Shown here: positions 42,293-56,493 of the stretch, one piece after another
Numbering within the stretch: the stretch's first letter is position 1
Layout of the letters: every line of letters starts with the position of its first letter
From: the human T2T-CHM13v2.0 reference genome, Homo sapiens
Length of the DNA stretch: 64,000 nucleotides
Strand: one strand, 5' to 3'
NCBI RefSeq assembly: GCF_009914755.1
Contig: NC_060947.1
The notes under the pieces: generated by a model
Database searches by the model: none
Told to the model about the DNA's origin: nothing
Seen by the model: only the letters and a program-made list of their open reading frames with translations
Position numbers and translations under genes: made by a program

Positions 42293-45200
42293 TGCTGTCA
42301 TTTCCTTGTGTGGGTATGGTTGCTCTTCATAAGATTACATAAATAATCTTATAATATTTTAAACTGAGAAAAACTTGACTTTGGTCACATACAAAACTCA
42401 TTTTTTATTCTTAGCCACAATTTATAATTTTGCTGTCTTAATTTATGTATTTTACATGTGTGTTCCTCCACAGTTTGTTTTAGTTATAGACATTTTTGAT
42501 CGTCTTGCCTTCTTACCTTTATACTAGAGACTTCAAAGATTTACATGCCATGATTGCAATAATAAAGTATAAATTTGATTGTAAATTTACATCTACCCAT
42601 GAGTTTTATACTTTCATATATTTATATGATAGGGCTCATTATCCTTCCACTTTTTCTTAAAGCACTCCCTTGAACATTTTTTGTAAGTCTGGTCTAGTAA
42701 TAATAAATTCATGCAGCTTTTCTTTGTCTGGAATGGCCTTTGTTTCTCCTCTACTATTTAGTGATAGCTTAGCTGAGTATAGTATTCTTGGGTTGTAGTT
42801 ATTTTTTCTTTCAGAACTTTCAATATGTCATCCAATTCTCTCTTGATATGCAAGCTTTCTGCTGAGAAATCTGCTAATTGTCTGATGAGAATTCTTTTAT
42901 ATGTCACTTGCTGCTTTTAGAATTGTCTCTCTCTCTCTTTTACTTTTGACAATTGATTACAATATGCCTGAAGGAAGATATTTTTAGGTAGACTCTATTT
43001 GGGAATTGTTATGCCTTATGGGTCTGGATGCCCATATCTCTCCCCAAACTTGAAAAGTTTTCAGCTATTATTTTGTTAAATACACTTTCTGTGACTTAAT
43101 CCATCTCTTCTCTCTCAGGAACTCCCATATTGAAAAGATTTGGTAACTTAATGGTGTCCCATAAGTCCTATTTTTTTGTCACATTTTTTTCTTTTTTTTT
43201 TCCAAACTGGCTTATTTCAATAGATACATCAAGCTCACATTTTTTTTTCTTCTACTTAATCTAGTCAGCTGTTGAAGCTCTCAATTGTATTTTTAATTTT
43301 ATTCTTTAAACTATTCAGCTTCAAGATTTATGTTTTGTTATTTGGAATGATGTCTATCTCTTTGTGAAATTTTTTATTCAGATCATAAATTGATTTTCTG
43401 ATTTAATTTGTTTATCTGTATCAATTTATATCACACTGAGTTTCCTTATCATCATTATGTTAAAATCCTCTTTAGGCAGTTCATATATTTTCTTTTCTTT
43501 GGGGTAACTTACTAGGGAACTCTTGTGTTCCATTGTGGTTTCACTTTTTTTTTTTGCGTTTTTGTGTATCTTGTATTCCTGTGTTGCTATCTGCCCATAT
43601 TGTGGAACAGTCAGCTCTTTCAATGTTGTAGAATGGCTTTCATAGGTAAAACCTATCATCTGCAAATGAGTCCTAGGGTGTTTGTTGTGTCGGGTGCATT
43701 GACTTTGGTCCCTGCTGAATGCAATAGTTTAGTCTCTGTGAAGGCTATAGTGTAGTCTGTGTGAAGGTTTTTTGTTTGTTTGTTTTTGTTTTTTGCTGTG
43801 ATGAATGTCAGCAATACATGTGAGTTCTTCTATGGCTTAGGCTTCAGGAGTTTGTGGAAGCAATGGTGCAGCGTAGGTTGTTAGAATTCTCAGTGGCAAT
43901 AACTTCAGAGAGATTCCTGTTCTAGTTTTTCCTAAAGTTGAGAGACCTAATTGAGGAGATCTCTATTGGTGTTGGGTTTGACACAGGCCACTTGCTGCCA
44001 CAGTAGCACTGTATTCTAGAGCCCAAATGCTATGGACCTGTAGTCATGGGCTTAATGTCCTGCTGAAATACTGTGTCACCTGTGACATATATGTATGTTT
44101 GCTCTCAGACATGGGTGGATGCAGCACTCACACTAATTTGAAATATGTGACTTTGGTGTACAGATCATTTCATCATCCAGGTACTAAGCATAGTATCCAA
44201 TAGTTATTTTTCCTGATACTCTCCTTCCTCCCACCCTTCTCTTTCAAGTAGGCCCCAGTGTCTGCTGTTCCCCTCTTTGTGCCCATTTGTTCTCATTATT
44301 TAACTTCCACTTATAGGTAAGAACAAGTGGTGTTTTGTTTTCTGTTCCTGCATTAGTTTGCTAAGGATAATGGCCTCCAGCTCCCTCTTCATCCATGTTC
44401 CTGCAAACATGTTCCTGATCTCATTCTTTTTATGGCTGCATAGTATTCCATGGTGTATATGTAAAACATTTTCTTTATCTAGTCTACCATTGATGGGTGT
44501 TTAGGTTGATTCCACGTCTTTGCTATTGGGAATAGTGCTGCAATGAACATACACATGTGTGTGTGTTTATGGTAGAACAATTTATATTCCTTTGGGCATA
44601 TACCCTGTAATTGGATTGCTGGGTTGAATGGTAGTTCTGTTTTTAGCTCTTTGAAGAATTGCCACACTGCTTTCCACAATAGTTGAACTAATTTACATTC
44701 CCACCAGCAGTGTATAAGGATTCCCTTTTCTCTGCAACCTCGCTAGCATCTGCTTTTTTTGACTTTTTAATATTAACCATTCTGACTGGTGTGAGATGGT
44801 ATCATTTTGTGCATAAGTCAGCATATTTTTGATACATTAATTTGGAGACTAAAGATGAAATACAACCTCACTATTCTATTACAACAATTGTATATATTGA
44901 TAATAAAACTTGAAAAAATTCTAAAATTATGCACAAATATTACTGCTAAATATAAATTAAAAATTAAAAAAAAAGAGAAATATTTGACTTTGAAGCACTC
45001 CCCAGTAGGTTGAACCTAGGAGGCAAATATGTAACTGGGACTGTAATAATCAGTGTCTGGGCACCACAACAGCATGGCTTCAGAGATAAAGGGGTTTTCC
45101 AGAGGTTAAGGCTCTAGGGAGCAGGGACTGCAAGTTCAGAGCCAACATGGCATAGTGGCAACTTGTGCACCAGAAGAAAAGGCTACTGAGTAGCGGTGAC

Positions 45201-46668
45201 CTTGGACACTAAGGTAGTGAGACACAGCCATGGCCCAGGCTCTGTGAGGCCAAGTGCCATGGCAGTTATGACCCCTGAATGGTGGGGCACAGCCATGGCT
45301 TATACTGCAAGGGAAAGTGATTAGTGCAATGTTGGCTTTATTCACCAGAAAGGTGGTGTACCTCAGCAGCTCAGACTCCAGAAGTCTACTCCAGATCCAG
45401 GTAGGGAGAAGACTCTGCCTGTTTGGTGCAGAATGTGGGGTGATTCAGATCAACCAAGCCTATGTTTCCCAGAAGTCTGGGAATCATGCCAGCTCAAGCA
45501 CCAGGGTATTGGCTTCTCTCTGAGACAAATCATTGTTTCTCTGCAGGTGGAGCACCAGGTTGGTTTAGGCACCAAGAGGTCATAACTTGTCTGCCAGCTC
45601 AGGCATGGCATGCTTGTGGTGATGTACTGGGATGGTTCATGCAGAGTGGGTACAAAATTGGTCCACTGGCTTGGGCCTAGCTTCCTAGGGGCAAAACACC
45701 ATGCTGGTTTATGCACGAACGGGACACACATGTTCTGCTAGGTTGGGTGTGGATTCTCCGGGGGTGAGGCGTAAAGCTGATTCACACAGAAAGAGGTTTA
45801 CTGGCTGCTCAGCTGACCTATGTGTGACTTGCCTAGAAGCAGTGCACTGGTCTATTTGATGTGTCAACAGGGCACACCACTGTTTCACTCATGAGTTTGG
45901 CTTCCCTGCTGGGAAGGACCACACATTCCTTGGGGGATAGGACATTGCATGTGCTTTGACACCAGGGTCATGGCTGTTTTGGTAAGCTTAAGCTTTGAAT
46001 AGTCAGAGTTGGGGTGCTGCAGCCACTGTGGATGAGGAACATGAAGTGCCTCCTAGGCAGCTTTTCCCAAGGGTGTAGAGACCTTTAGTACATTGGCTGT
46101 GAAGTGGTGCATTACCATGTTTGACCATGTTGCAATGATTTGGAAGCCTCAGGGATAAAGTTTCAGTGGCTACTGGCACTTAAAGCAGAATGCACTCTAG
46201 CAGTTGGCTACATTTTAAAGATGGTTTTATGTAGTAATATCTTGGTTCATAGGGAGCACGATATTGGCTATAAATAGTGCAGCCATTTGAACTCCAGGAA
46301 GATCCTCAATCTGGCCTTAGGGCTTGTGAGAAATATACTATTCTTTTGTAGAAAAAAATATTGCATGTGTACACACCACTAATGGAAGCTTCTGATCTTA
46401 TTCTTGCAAGGAAAAATTTATACTGTTTCCAAGCTGATCCCAACTGAAGAAATGATTTGGCAAAGCAGGATGTTGTGTTCCCCACTCTAAGTGGTCATCC
46501 TGAGGTTCCATGCTTTACAGGGTTTTGACACTCCCTCTCTATATGCCAAAGATCTCTTTTAGATCCTTTAGTCAAAATATAGCTGTGTATTTCTTGTTTT
46601 GGTCTTTTGTTGTAGGGGAAATAAATATTAGGCATGTCTAGTCAGCAATCTTGCTGACTTCACTGCCC
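42293..46668 (-). mobile_element. L1M ORF1 and long 5' region
   Basis: Antisense ORF1 motifs (ttctgctgagaaatctgct). 5' terminus ctagtcagcaatcttgctgac at ~46640. Confidence 0.7.
44156..44976 (+). mobile_element. Twin-primed L1PA13-15-like insertion: inverted L1 3' segment, non-L1 segment, poly-A
   Basis: TSD GAAATATGTGACTTTG (44140-44155) / GAAATATTTGACTTTG (44977-44992). Antisense L1 at 44156-~44805. A-tail at ~44959-44974. Confidence 0.8.
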
Positions 46669-46737
46669 ACTTTTTTATGTCTTGCAATATATCTCTTTCT
46701 CCAGATCTTTAATATTTGCTTTACATATTTAGGTGTT

Positions 46738-47135
46738 TGATATGGTATGTATGTTTGTCTTCTATAATCTTATGTTGAAACGTGATTCCTAATGTTAGAG
46801 GTAGGAACTGGTGGGAGGTAATTGGATCATGAGAGAAGACCTCTCATGAATGGTTTAGCACCATCCCCTTGGTGAAAAGTGAGGTGTAACTCAATTCACA
46901 CATAATCTTATTGTTTAAAATTCTGGGACCTCACTCTTCTTCCTCTCTTGCTCCCACTCTCACCATCTCAGCTCCTGCTCCCTATTTACCTTCCACCATG
47001 ATTGTAAGCTTTTTGTGGGTCACATCAGAAATATATGATGGCACCACACTTCCTGAACAGCCTGCAAACTCCTTTTCATTATAAATTACCCATCCCCAGA
47101 TATTTCTTTTAACAGTGTAAAAATGGCCTAATAAT
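46738..47135 (+). mobile_element. MSTB-like MaLR solo LTR
   Basis: tgatatggtatgtatgtttgtc...ctctcatgaatggtttagcaccatcccc. Perfect TSD GTGTT (46733-46737 / 47136-47140). Confidence 0.88.
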
Positions 47136-48221
47136 GTGTTTCACTCTCAAATGCATATATATTTATAATTGTGATATTGTCTAAATCAATTGACCACTTT
47201 TTCATTATACAATGGATTTATTTGCCTCTTTTTACAGTTTCTAATGTAAAAAATATATGTTGTCTTATTTAAGTATTCTTAGCCCTACTTTAACGGTTTC
47301 CATTTGCATAGAATATCTTTTATCACTTTATTTTTAGCCTGTGTGTATCTGCAAAAGTAAAGTTTATCTTGTATACAACATATAGTTGGACCCTTTTCTT
47401 TTTAACCCATTCTGGTATTTTATGTATTTAAATAGAAAGTTTAATTCATTAGCCTTCAAAGTAATTATTGATGCATAAGAACTTACTACTGATTTTTTAT
47501 GCTAAATTTTGGTGTTGTTTAGTAGACATTTCCTTTCTTTCTATTTTTGTGTATTTCTTTTATATTTGACGGTTTTATGTAGTGGTCAGTATTAAAACAT
47601 TTCTTCTTTTTGTTTTGTGAGCTTCCTATAGTTTTTCTTTGCTATTTGGATACCACAAGAATTACATAGAACATCTTATACTAACAATAGTATAATTCAA
47701 GCTGATAACAACTTTACTTTGAGTGCATACCCATCCATATTTATTTTTTGTGTCTGAATTTATATCATTTTTTGATATTAAACTTTTGTAAATTTATATT
47801 TGATCTGGTTGTTATTAATAATTTTTCTTCTAACCCTCATGATAGGAATAAAATTGCCTTATGTATCACAATTACAATTCTAAAGTTATATGAATATTGC
47901 TCTACATTACTCATATTATTGAGGTTTGCAGATTTCAGTTTAATTTTATGTGTCTGTAACTAGCAGACCTTCATTTCAGTTTAAAGAACACCTTTTAGAA
48001 AATCTTGTAATGCAGCCTTAGCGGTGATGGACTCCCTTAGTTTTTGTCTCAAAGAAAAATTATATTTCTCTTGGTGGAAGATAGATTTGCTGTGTAAAGA
48101 ATTCTTCATTGGCAATTTTTTTTAGCATTTTGAATATGTTATCCAACTCTCTCCTGCTGTAAAGTGTCACTGTTGAGAAGTCCACTGACAGTTGTATTGG
48201 GACTTCTTTTTATGTGATGCA

Positions 48222-48539
48222 TTTTTTGAGACAGAATCTTGCTCTGCTGCCCAGGCTAGAGTGCAGCGGTGCATTCAATGCTCACTGGAGCCGTTACCTC
48301 CCAGGGTCAAGTTACCTTCCCACTTCAGCCTCCCAAGTTTCTGGGATCACAGGCACGCATCACCATGTCCAGCTAATGTTTTGTTATTGTTGTTGTTGTT
48401 GTTGTTGTTATTGTTGTTTTGTAGAGAAGGGGTCTTCCTACTTTGCCAGGGCTGGTCTCAAATTTCTGGGCTCAACTGATCCACTTGCCTCAACCTCCCA
48501 AAGTGTTAGGATTTCAGGATTGAGCCACCTTGCCCAACC
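48222..48539 (-). mobile_element. AluJ with a (TTG)n linker microsatellite
   Basis: Diverged Alu (ctgggctcaactgatcc). TSD atgtgatgcatttt / atgggatgcctttt. Confidence 0.88.
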
Positions 48540-51447
48540 AATGGGATGCCTTTTTTTTTTATCCCTTCCTGCTCTCAGAACTTTTTCTTTCTCTTTGATT
48601 ATTCTAATATTTGATTATGTGTCTTGGTGAATGTCTTTTTGGAGATACATTTGGTTGGAGATCTCTGATCTTCCTTTCCCTATATGTTGGCTTATTTTCT
48701 CACATTAGAAAATGTTATTCCATTATTTAAAATATATATTTTATGGCACATCTACTTATATTCCTTCTTGAGTGTCTGTTATGCATATGCTAGTTTCTTG
48801 ATGCAGCTCCATAATTCCTGTAGGTTTTCTCCATTGTTTATTATTTCTACTTCTCTGATTGGATTATTTCAAATATTCTGTCTTCAATTTACTCTCAACT
48901 CAACTTCATCAAGTCAGCTGTTAGAGCTTTCTATTGTGTTTGTCACCTCAGTCATTATATTCTTCAGCTCTAGGTTTTCAATTGGGTATTTTTATGATAC
49001 CCATTTCTATGTCAAACTACTCATGTTTGTATATTGCTTATTAAATTTTGTTTAATTTTTATTAATATGCTCTTGAAGTGTGTTGAGCTTGTAAATTAAT
49101 GCATAATAATTGTACCTATATAAGGGACACTTGTGATATTTGATAAATGCATATGTTGTATAATAATTAAATAAAGGTAATTTAAATATCCATAAAGTAA
49201 AAAAATCCTTTGTGTTGGAAAGAGTTCAAATATTAATGTGTGGCTATTTTAAAATATACAATAAATTACTGTTAACAATACTCAGCCTAATATTGCTATT
49301 GGCCCTAGAACTTATTTTGTCTACCTAACTGTATTTTTACCCTGTAAATCAACCTATGTCCTTTTTTCAAGCCCCTATACGCTTAACCTCTGATAATCAT
49401 TCTGCTTTCTGTCTCTATGAGATAAAGTGTTTTATCTTTTACATATGAGTACAGAACATGTGATATTTGTCTTTATCGGTCAAGTTTATTTTACTTAATA
49501 TAATGTCTTCCAGGATAATTTATTTTGCTGCAAATAATGAGGTTTCTTTCATTTCTATTTTGGAATAATATTTCATTATATAGGTATACTACATTTTCTT
49601 TATCCATTTATCTTTTGATGAACACTTAACTTGATTCCATAACTTGATTATTGTGAACAGTTCTGTATTAAACATCAGAGTGCAGATAAATTTTCAACAT
49701 ACTGACTTCAGTTCTTTTGGGTATATACCCAGAATTGAAATTGCTAGCTCATATAAAAATTCTATTGTAAATTTTTTTAAGAATCTCCATAAGTGTTTCC
49801 ATAATGGCTGCATATTAACTTACATTCACACCAATAGTGTATATGAGTTCATCTTTCTCCACATCCTCACGAGCAATTTTTTTTTCCTGTTTTATAACAG
49901 TCATTTTAAATGGAGTGGGATAATATCTCATTGTCATTTTGATTTACTCATCCTTGAGACTAGGGATGTTGAGCTTTTTTTATATAGCTGTTGGCAATTT
50001 GTATGTGTTATTTTTAGAAATGTTTCCACAGATCATTTGCCCATTTTTAATGACATGATTTGTTTCTTTGCTGTTGAGTTGTTTGGATTTTTTATTTATT
50101 CTGGTTATTAACTTGTTGTCCAGTAAATAGTTTGCAAATATTTTCTTCCATTCAGTACATTGCCCATCAGTATGTGAAGTGTTTTATTTTCTTAGTAGAA
50201 GTTTTTCACCATGATATATTATATTTGTCTATTGTTCTTTGGTTAGACTTTTGAGGTACAAACAACAACAGAAAAAATCGATACCAAGGCCAATGTCAGG
50301 AAGGTATCTCCACTTTTTTTTTAGTATTTTTATAGTTTCAGATTTTATAATTAAATCTTTATTTTTATTTGATTTTTGTATATGGTGGCAGATAAAGGTC
50401 ATTTTATTTTTCTGCCTGCGGTAACCCAGTTTTCACAGCACCATTTATTGAAGAAATTGTTCTTATTGTTCTTTCCCAAAGTATGTTTTTGTGGCCTTTG
50501 TTACAAATTAGTTGGCTGTAAATGTATAGATTTGTTTATAGTTTTTCCTCTACTCTTTCTTATTGTTCTGTCTATTTTTATGCCAGTACCATACAATATA
50601 TGTTTATTGTAGCATGAAAGTATATTTCAGGTCAAGTAGTGTGATACCCTTAGCTTTGTTAATTTTATTTAGGATTGCTTTGGCTATATGGGCCCATTTG
50701 TGGTTTTATACAAACTTTAGGATAGTTTTTTTCTAAATCTGTGAAGAATGTTATTGATATTTTGATTGGAATTTAATTGAATCTGTAGATTATCACCTTA
50801 AGTAATATTATTATTTTAACAATATGAATTCTACCATCCATGAACATGAAATATCTAATTTTGAGTCTTCTTTGGTTTTTTAAATTATTGCTTTATAGTA
50901 TTCATTGTAGAAGTCTTTCACTTCTTTGATTATATTTATTCCTAGCTAATTTATATCATTTGTAACTACTATAAGTGAGATTGCTGTCTTGATTTCTTTT
51001 ACACAATACTTATTGTTGGTATATAAATATACTACTGATATTTGCATGTTGATTTTGTATTCTATAACTTTGCTGAACATGGATAAGGTCTAATAGTTTC
51101 TTGATGGAGTTTTTGTTTTTTTCTAAATATAAGATCCTGTTGTATGTAACCAAAAACAATTGGACTTTCTTTTTTTTTTCAATTTTGATGTCCCTTTTCC
51201 CTTCTTGTTGACTAATTGTTCTGGCTAAGACTTTGAGTACTGTGTTGACTAAAAGCGATGATAGTGGGCATTCTTGTCTTTTTCCAGGTCTTAGAGAAAA
51301 TTCTTTCAATTAGTTTACATTTAGTATAAAGTTAATGGTGTGTTTGGTTTTTATTGCTTTAAGTTTTTTTATACCCAGTTTGTTTACAGTTTTTATCATA
51401 AAGGGATGTTTAGTTGTACCAAATACTTACAGCATCTCTTGAAATAA

Positions 51448-51978
51448 TTATAAGTCATTATACAAAAAAGATACTTGCACACACATGTTCATAGCAACAC
51501 AATATGAAATTGCAGAAATGTAGAACCAACCCAAATGCCCATCAATCAACAAGTGGATAAAGAAACTGTGGTGTATATGTATATACAACAGAATACTACT
51601 CAGCCATGAAAAGGAATGAATTAATGGCATTTGCAGTAACCTGGAAGAGATTGGAGTCTATTATTCTAAGTAAAGTCACTCAGGAATGGTAAACCAAATA
51701 TCATGCATTCTCACTCATAAGTGGAAACTAAGCTATGAGGATGCAAAAGCATAAGAATGATGTAATAGACTTTGGGGACTCAGGGGAAAGCATGGGAAGG
51801 GGGTGGGGGATGAAAGACTATAAATTGGGTGCAGTGTACACTGCTCGGGTGATGCGTAAACTAAATTCTCACAAATCACCACTAAAGAACTTACTCATGT
51901 GACCAAATACCACCTGTTCCCCAATAACCTACAGAAATAAAATACTTATTTTAAAGCTTAAATATAATAAAATAAAAT
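51448..51978 (+). mobile_element. L1PB1-like 3' fragment
   Basis: ctaagctatgaggatgcaaaagcataagaatgat...tctcacaaatcaccactaaagaacttactcatgt...gaaataaaa. Confidence 0.88.
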
Positions 51979-52608
51979 TTTATTATTTTAATGTGATGTA
52001 GCACACTTTTTGATTTGCTTATGTTAAACTATCCTTTCATCTCTAAAATAAATCTCACTTTATCATGTTGAATGACATTTTAATATGTTTTGAATTCAGT
52101 TTGCCAGTATATTGTTAAAGATTTGTGCATGTATCTTTATTAAATATATTGACCTGTTGTTTTCTTTTCTATTATTTTGTTGTTGTTATATCCTTGTTTA
52201 TTTTTAGTATCAGGATAATGTTACCATCACAGAAAGAGTCTGATAGTGCTTTTTTTCTCTTAAAATTTGTGGAATAGTTAGTGTAGTATTAGTATTAGTT
52301 CTTACTTAAATGGTTGGTAGAATTCAACTGTGAAAAATATTAGAATGTGGAGTTTTATTTGGTGTGAGACTTTTTTGAACTGCTCCAATCTTCTTCTTTA
52401 CTATTAGTGTTGTCAGGATTTTTATTTCTTCTTGTTTGAATGTAGGTATGTTCTATCTGTCCAGAAATTAGTTCATTTTCTCCAGGTTTTACAATATGTT
52501 GGCGTATAGTTGTTCAGAATAGTTTTCAATAATCCTTTATAGTTTGGTGGTATCAGTTGTAATGACTCTTTGTGTCTCTGATTTTATTTTTTTAGTCTTC
52601 TCTTTTTC

Positions 52609-53791
52609 TTATTTTAAACTGAGAAATGTTTTCAATTAATTGAAAAACTAAGCCTTCACATATAACATATATGTGTGTGTGTGTGTGTGTATGTTAATTA
52701 AACACATATTTTATGACAACCATTAGTTTTAAGAACCAAATTGTCCTGTGTCCATAATCTTGGGAGTGTGGCAAGGAAGACAGGGTAATGAGCCCTCATC
52801 CTCAGATTTCTTGAAGAAGCCTGAGAAAAGAAAAGCAAATTTTGCCACATAATTTTCGGTTTTGAAAACTGTTTATTAGAAATATTTTGAAGGCAATGTT
52901 AAGTTGAATATACAGATCATAAAATGAACTCTCAATATTGTGCAAACTGAATAAATGAAATTTTTATCAAAAGCACTGCCTTGTAGTTATCACTACACCT
53001 TGTTTAACCACACTGATAAGCACTCTTGGAATATCACTGTTTAACTCTAACTTTGTGTAAATGAACAAACTTCAAAATCTTCTTACTGTGAATGTCAGTG
53101 ATAGTGTTTAGAAACCATTATTTTCTATTTGCTTTGCACCTAAAAAATGCCTGCAACCAATAATAATAGAGTAGTGTACTAGTTGATAGATCTTATAGCA
53201 ATATCACTTTGAACAACAAATATGTTTCTAATTGGCCTTACTTATTGCTTTAAATTCAAACTTTCCTTTTAGATTCAAGGAACACATGTTCAGGTTTGTC
53301 GTATGGGTATATTGCATAATACTGAGTCATGGGGTAGAATTGAACTCATCACCCAGGTAATGAGCATAGTACCATATAGGTAGTTTTTCAACCCTTGCCC
53401 CCTCTGTTGTTCCTCGATTTGGAAGTCCCCAGTTTCTATTGTTTCCATATTTACGTCCATGTTAACCAACTCTTTAAGACCTACTTGTAAGTGAGAACAT
53501 GTAAGATTTGCTTTTCTGTTTCTGTGATAATTCTGTTAGGATAATGGACTCTAACTGCATTCATATTGCTGCAAAGGATATAATTTTATTCTTTTTTATG
53601 GATGCCTAGTATTGCATGCTGTAAATGTGCCAACCCTAAATACTCTGACAAAAGGCTCCTAGATTTAGGAGATGACTTCAGTGTAGTTTCCAGGATAAAT
53701 AAAATCAATACACAGAAATCAGGAACATTTCTATACATGAATAACACTCAAGCTGAGAGCCAAACAAGAATGCAATGACAGTTACAAAAGC

Positions 53792-53836
<45 letters not shown>

Positions 53837-54767
53837 CAGAAATAAAGACAGATAACCAAGGAGGTGAAAGATTTCTATGGGAAGAACTATAAAACTGTGG
53901 GTAGCACAAACAAATGGAAAAACATTTTATGCTCATGGACTAAAAGAATCAATATTGTTAAAATGTTTATACTATCAAAGCAACCTACAGATTGAATGTT
54001 ATTCTTATCAAACTAGCAATGCCATGTTTCACAAAAATAGAAAAAATATATTATTATAAAATGCAAGTGGAACCAAAAATAAAAAGAGTGTGAATAGCAA
54101 AAGCAACCCTAAGCTGAAAGAACAGAGCCAGAGGCATCACATTAACCAACTCTAAACTATACCATAAAGAGATAGTAACCAAAACAGCATGGTACTGATA
54201 CAAAATCAGACACATAGACCAATGGAACACAATACAGAACCTAGAAATAAAGCTGCATACTTATAATCAACTGATATTTAACAAAGCTGACAAAAATAAG
54301 CAATGAGGAAAGAGAACTCCTTATTCAATAAATGATGTGAGGATAACTGAAAAAACATACCCAGAAGAATGAAACTGGACTTCTACCTATCATCATATAC
54401 AAAAATTAACTCACCATGAATTAAATAGTTAAATGTAAGATCTAAACCTATAACAATCCTAAAAGAAAATTTAAAACACACCCTTCTCTGTGTCTGCCTT
54501 GGCAAGGAATTTATGACTAAGTCCTAAAAGGCAAAATACAACAATAACAAAAAGTGACAAGTAGTAACTAAAACTGAAGAGCTTCTGCACAGCAAAATAA
54601 ATTATCAACAGATTAAACAGACAACCTACAGAATAGGAGAAAATATTGTCAATCTATGTATTTAACAAAGGTCTTATATTCAGAATCTATAAGAAACTTA
54701 AACAAATCAACAAGATAAGAAAAACAAATAACTCCGTTAAGAAGTGGGCAAAAGACTTGAAAACATA
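52609..54767 (-). mobile_element. 5'-inverted L1PA16-like insertion with ~640 bp candidate 3' transduction
   Basis: Non-repeat-looking DNA at ~52615-53250, minus-strand L1 3'UTR at ~53251-53632, plus-strand ORF2 at ~53633-54772. Host L1MA is contiguous across the block. Degenerate TSD cttctctttttc / cttctatttgttc. Confidence 0.65.
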
Positions 54768-56092
54768 CTTCTATTTGTTCAACTATCTAAGAGTTCATCA
54801 ATCTTGTTTGTCTTTTCAACACACAAAATTCAATGTTTGTATGTTTTGTAGCCTTTTAAATCTCAATTTTAGTTATTTCTACACTGATTTTTATTATATT
54901 GTTTCTTCTACTAATTTGGGAATTGGTTTGTTGTTACTTCCTTATTTTCTTTAGGTGCATTTTTAGGTTGTTCATTAAAGTCTTTCTACTTCTTGTTTTT
55001 ATTTTCATTTGTTTCAATTTTTTTGTTCTCTCTAATTGCTTCATTGATCTATTGGTTTTTCAGGAGCACAGGGTTCAATGTTGAATTATTTTTATAGTCT
55101 CCAAAGTTTCTCATATTTTTTATTTGTATTTTTCCATTTGTATATTTGATTTTGTTCCACTGCAGCTAGAAAATATACAGTTATAATTTATTCTCTTCAC
55201 TTTCAGTCTATATGTTTCTTTATAAGGAAAGTGAGTTTCCTGTAGAAATTATAGAGTTATAGACTTGTTTTTGTTTGTTTCATCTATTCAGTCACCCTAT
55301 GACTTTTGATTTCAAATTTTAGTTTATTTACACTCAAGGTTATTACTCATAGGCAAGAACTTGCTACTGCCATTTGTCACTTCTTTATTGTTGCTCTGTA
55401 AGTACTCTCTTCCTTTCTTTCTTATTGACTTCCTTGATGGTTACTTTCCCCAGTAGTATGTTTTAAGTCGGTGCTTTTTTCTTTACATGTTATAAGTTAT
55501 TGCTTGTAGTTAAATGGGGGACTTAACAAAAACATCTTAGAGTTAAATTAAGTTGTTTTAAACTGATGACAAATTAACCTTGATCACAATAAAAAACTTT
55601 AAATTTTATGTACTTTATTCCCATTTTCCTCAACAGTTTGACTTTTTGTTTTCTTAATTTACATCTTTTTATAGTATCTGTCTCGAAATACTGTAGCTAT
55701 TATTATATTTTCTAGTTTTTTCTTTTAGTTTTAATACTAGAGATATGACTAGTTTACAAACCACAATTACAGTATCGAGCTATTCTGGATTTTTCTTATA
55801 CTTACTTTTATTAGTGAGTTTTATACCTTCAGATGTTTCTTTGTTGCTCATTATCATTATTTGAGATTAAGGATGTTACTTCTGAATTATTTAAGATAGA
55901 TCAGGTGGTGACAAATTTCTTTAGCTTTTACTTGGCTGGGAAAATCTTTACTTCTTTTTCATGTTTAAAGAATAGCTTCACTGAACACAGTATTTTTGAT
56001 TGGCAATTACTTTTCTTTCAGCATTTTGCATATGTCCCTTCCACTTTCTCATGGCTTGTTTGGTTTCTGCTAACAAGACTGTTGCCATATGA

Positions 56093-56493
<401 letters not shown>

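Larger units (their letters stand above)
46670..49090 (-). mobile_element. Old L1M (start of ORF2 and ORF1), continuing after 57817
   Basis: Antisense endonuclease motifs (aatatttgctttacatatttaggtg, gcatatatattta) followed by ORF1-type sequence. Confidence 0.65.

Noticed and set aside
45000-46300. GC-richer stretch with short ORFs as possible exons
   Set aside because: Lies between L1M ORF1 and an L1M-type 5' terminus, so it is best explained as old L1 5'UTR. No recognisable protein similarity.
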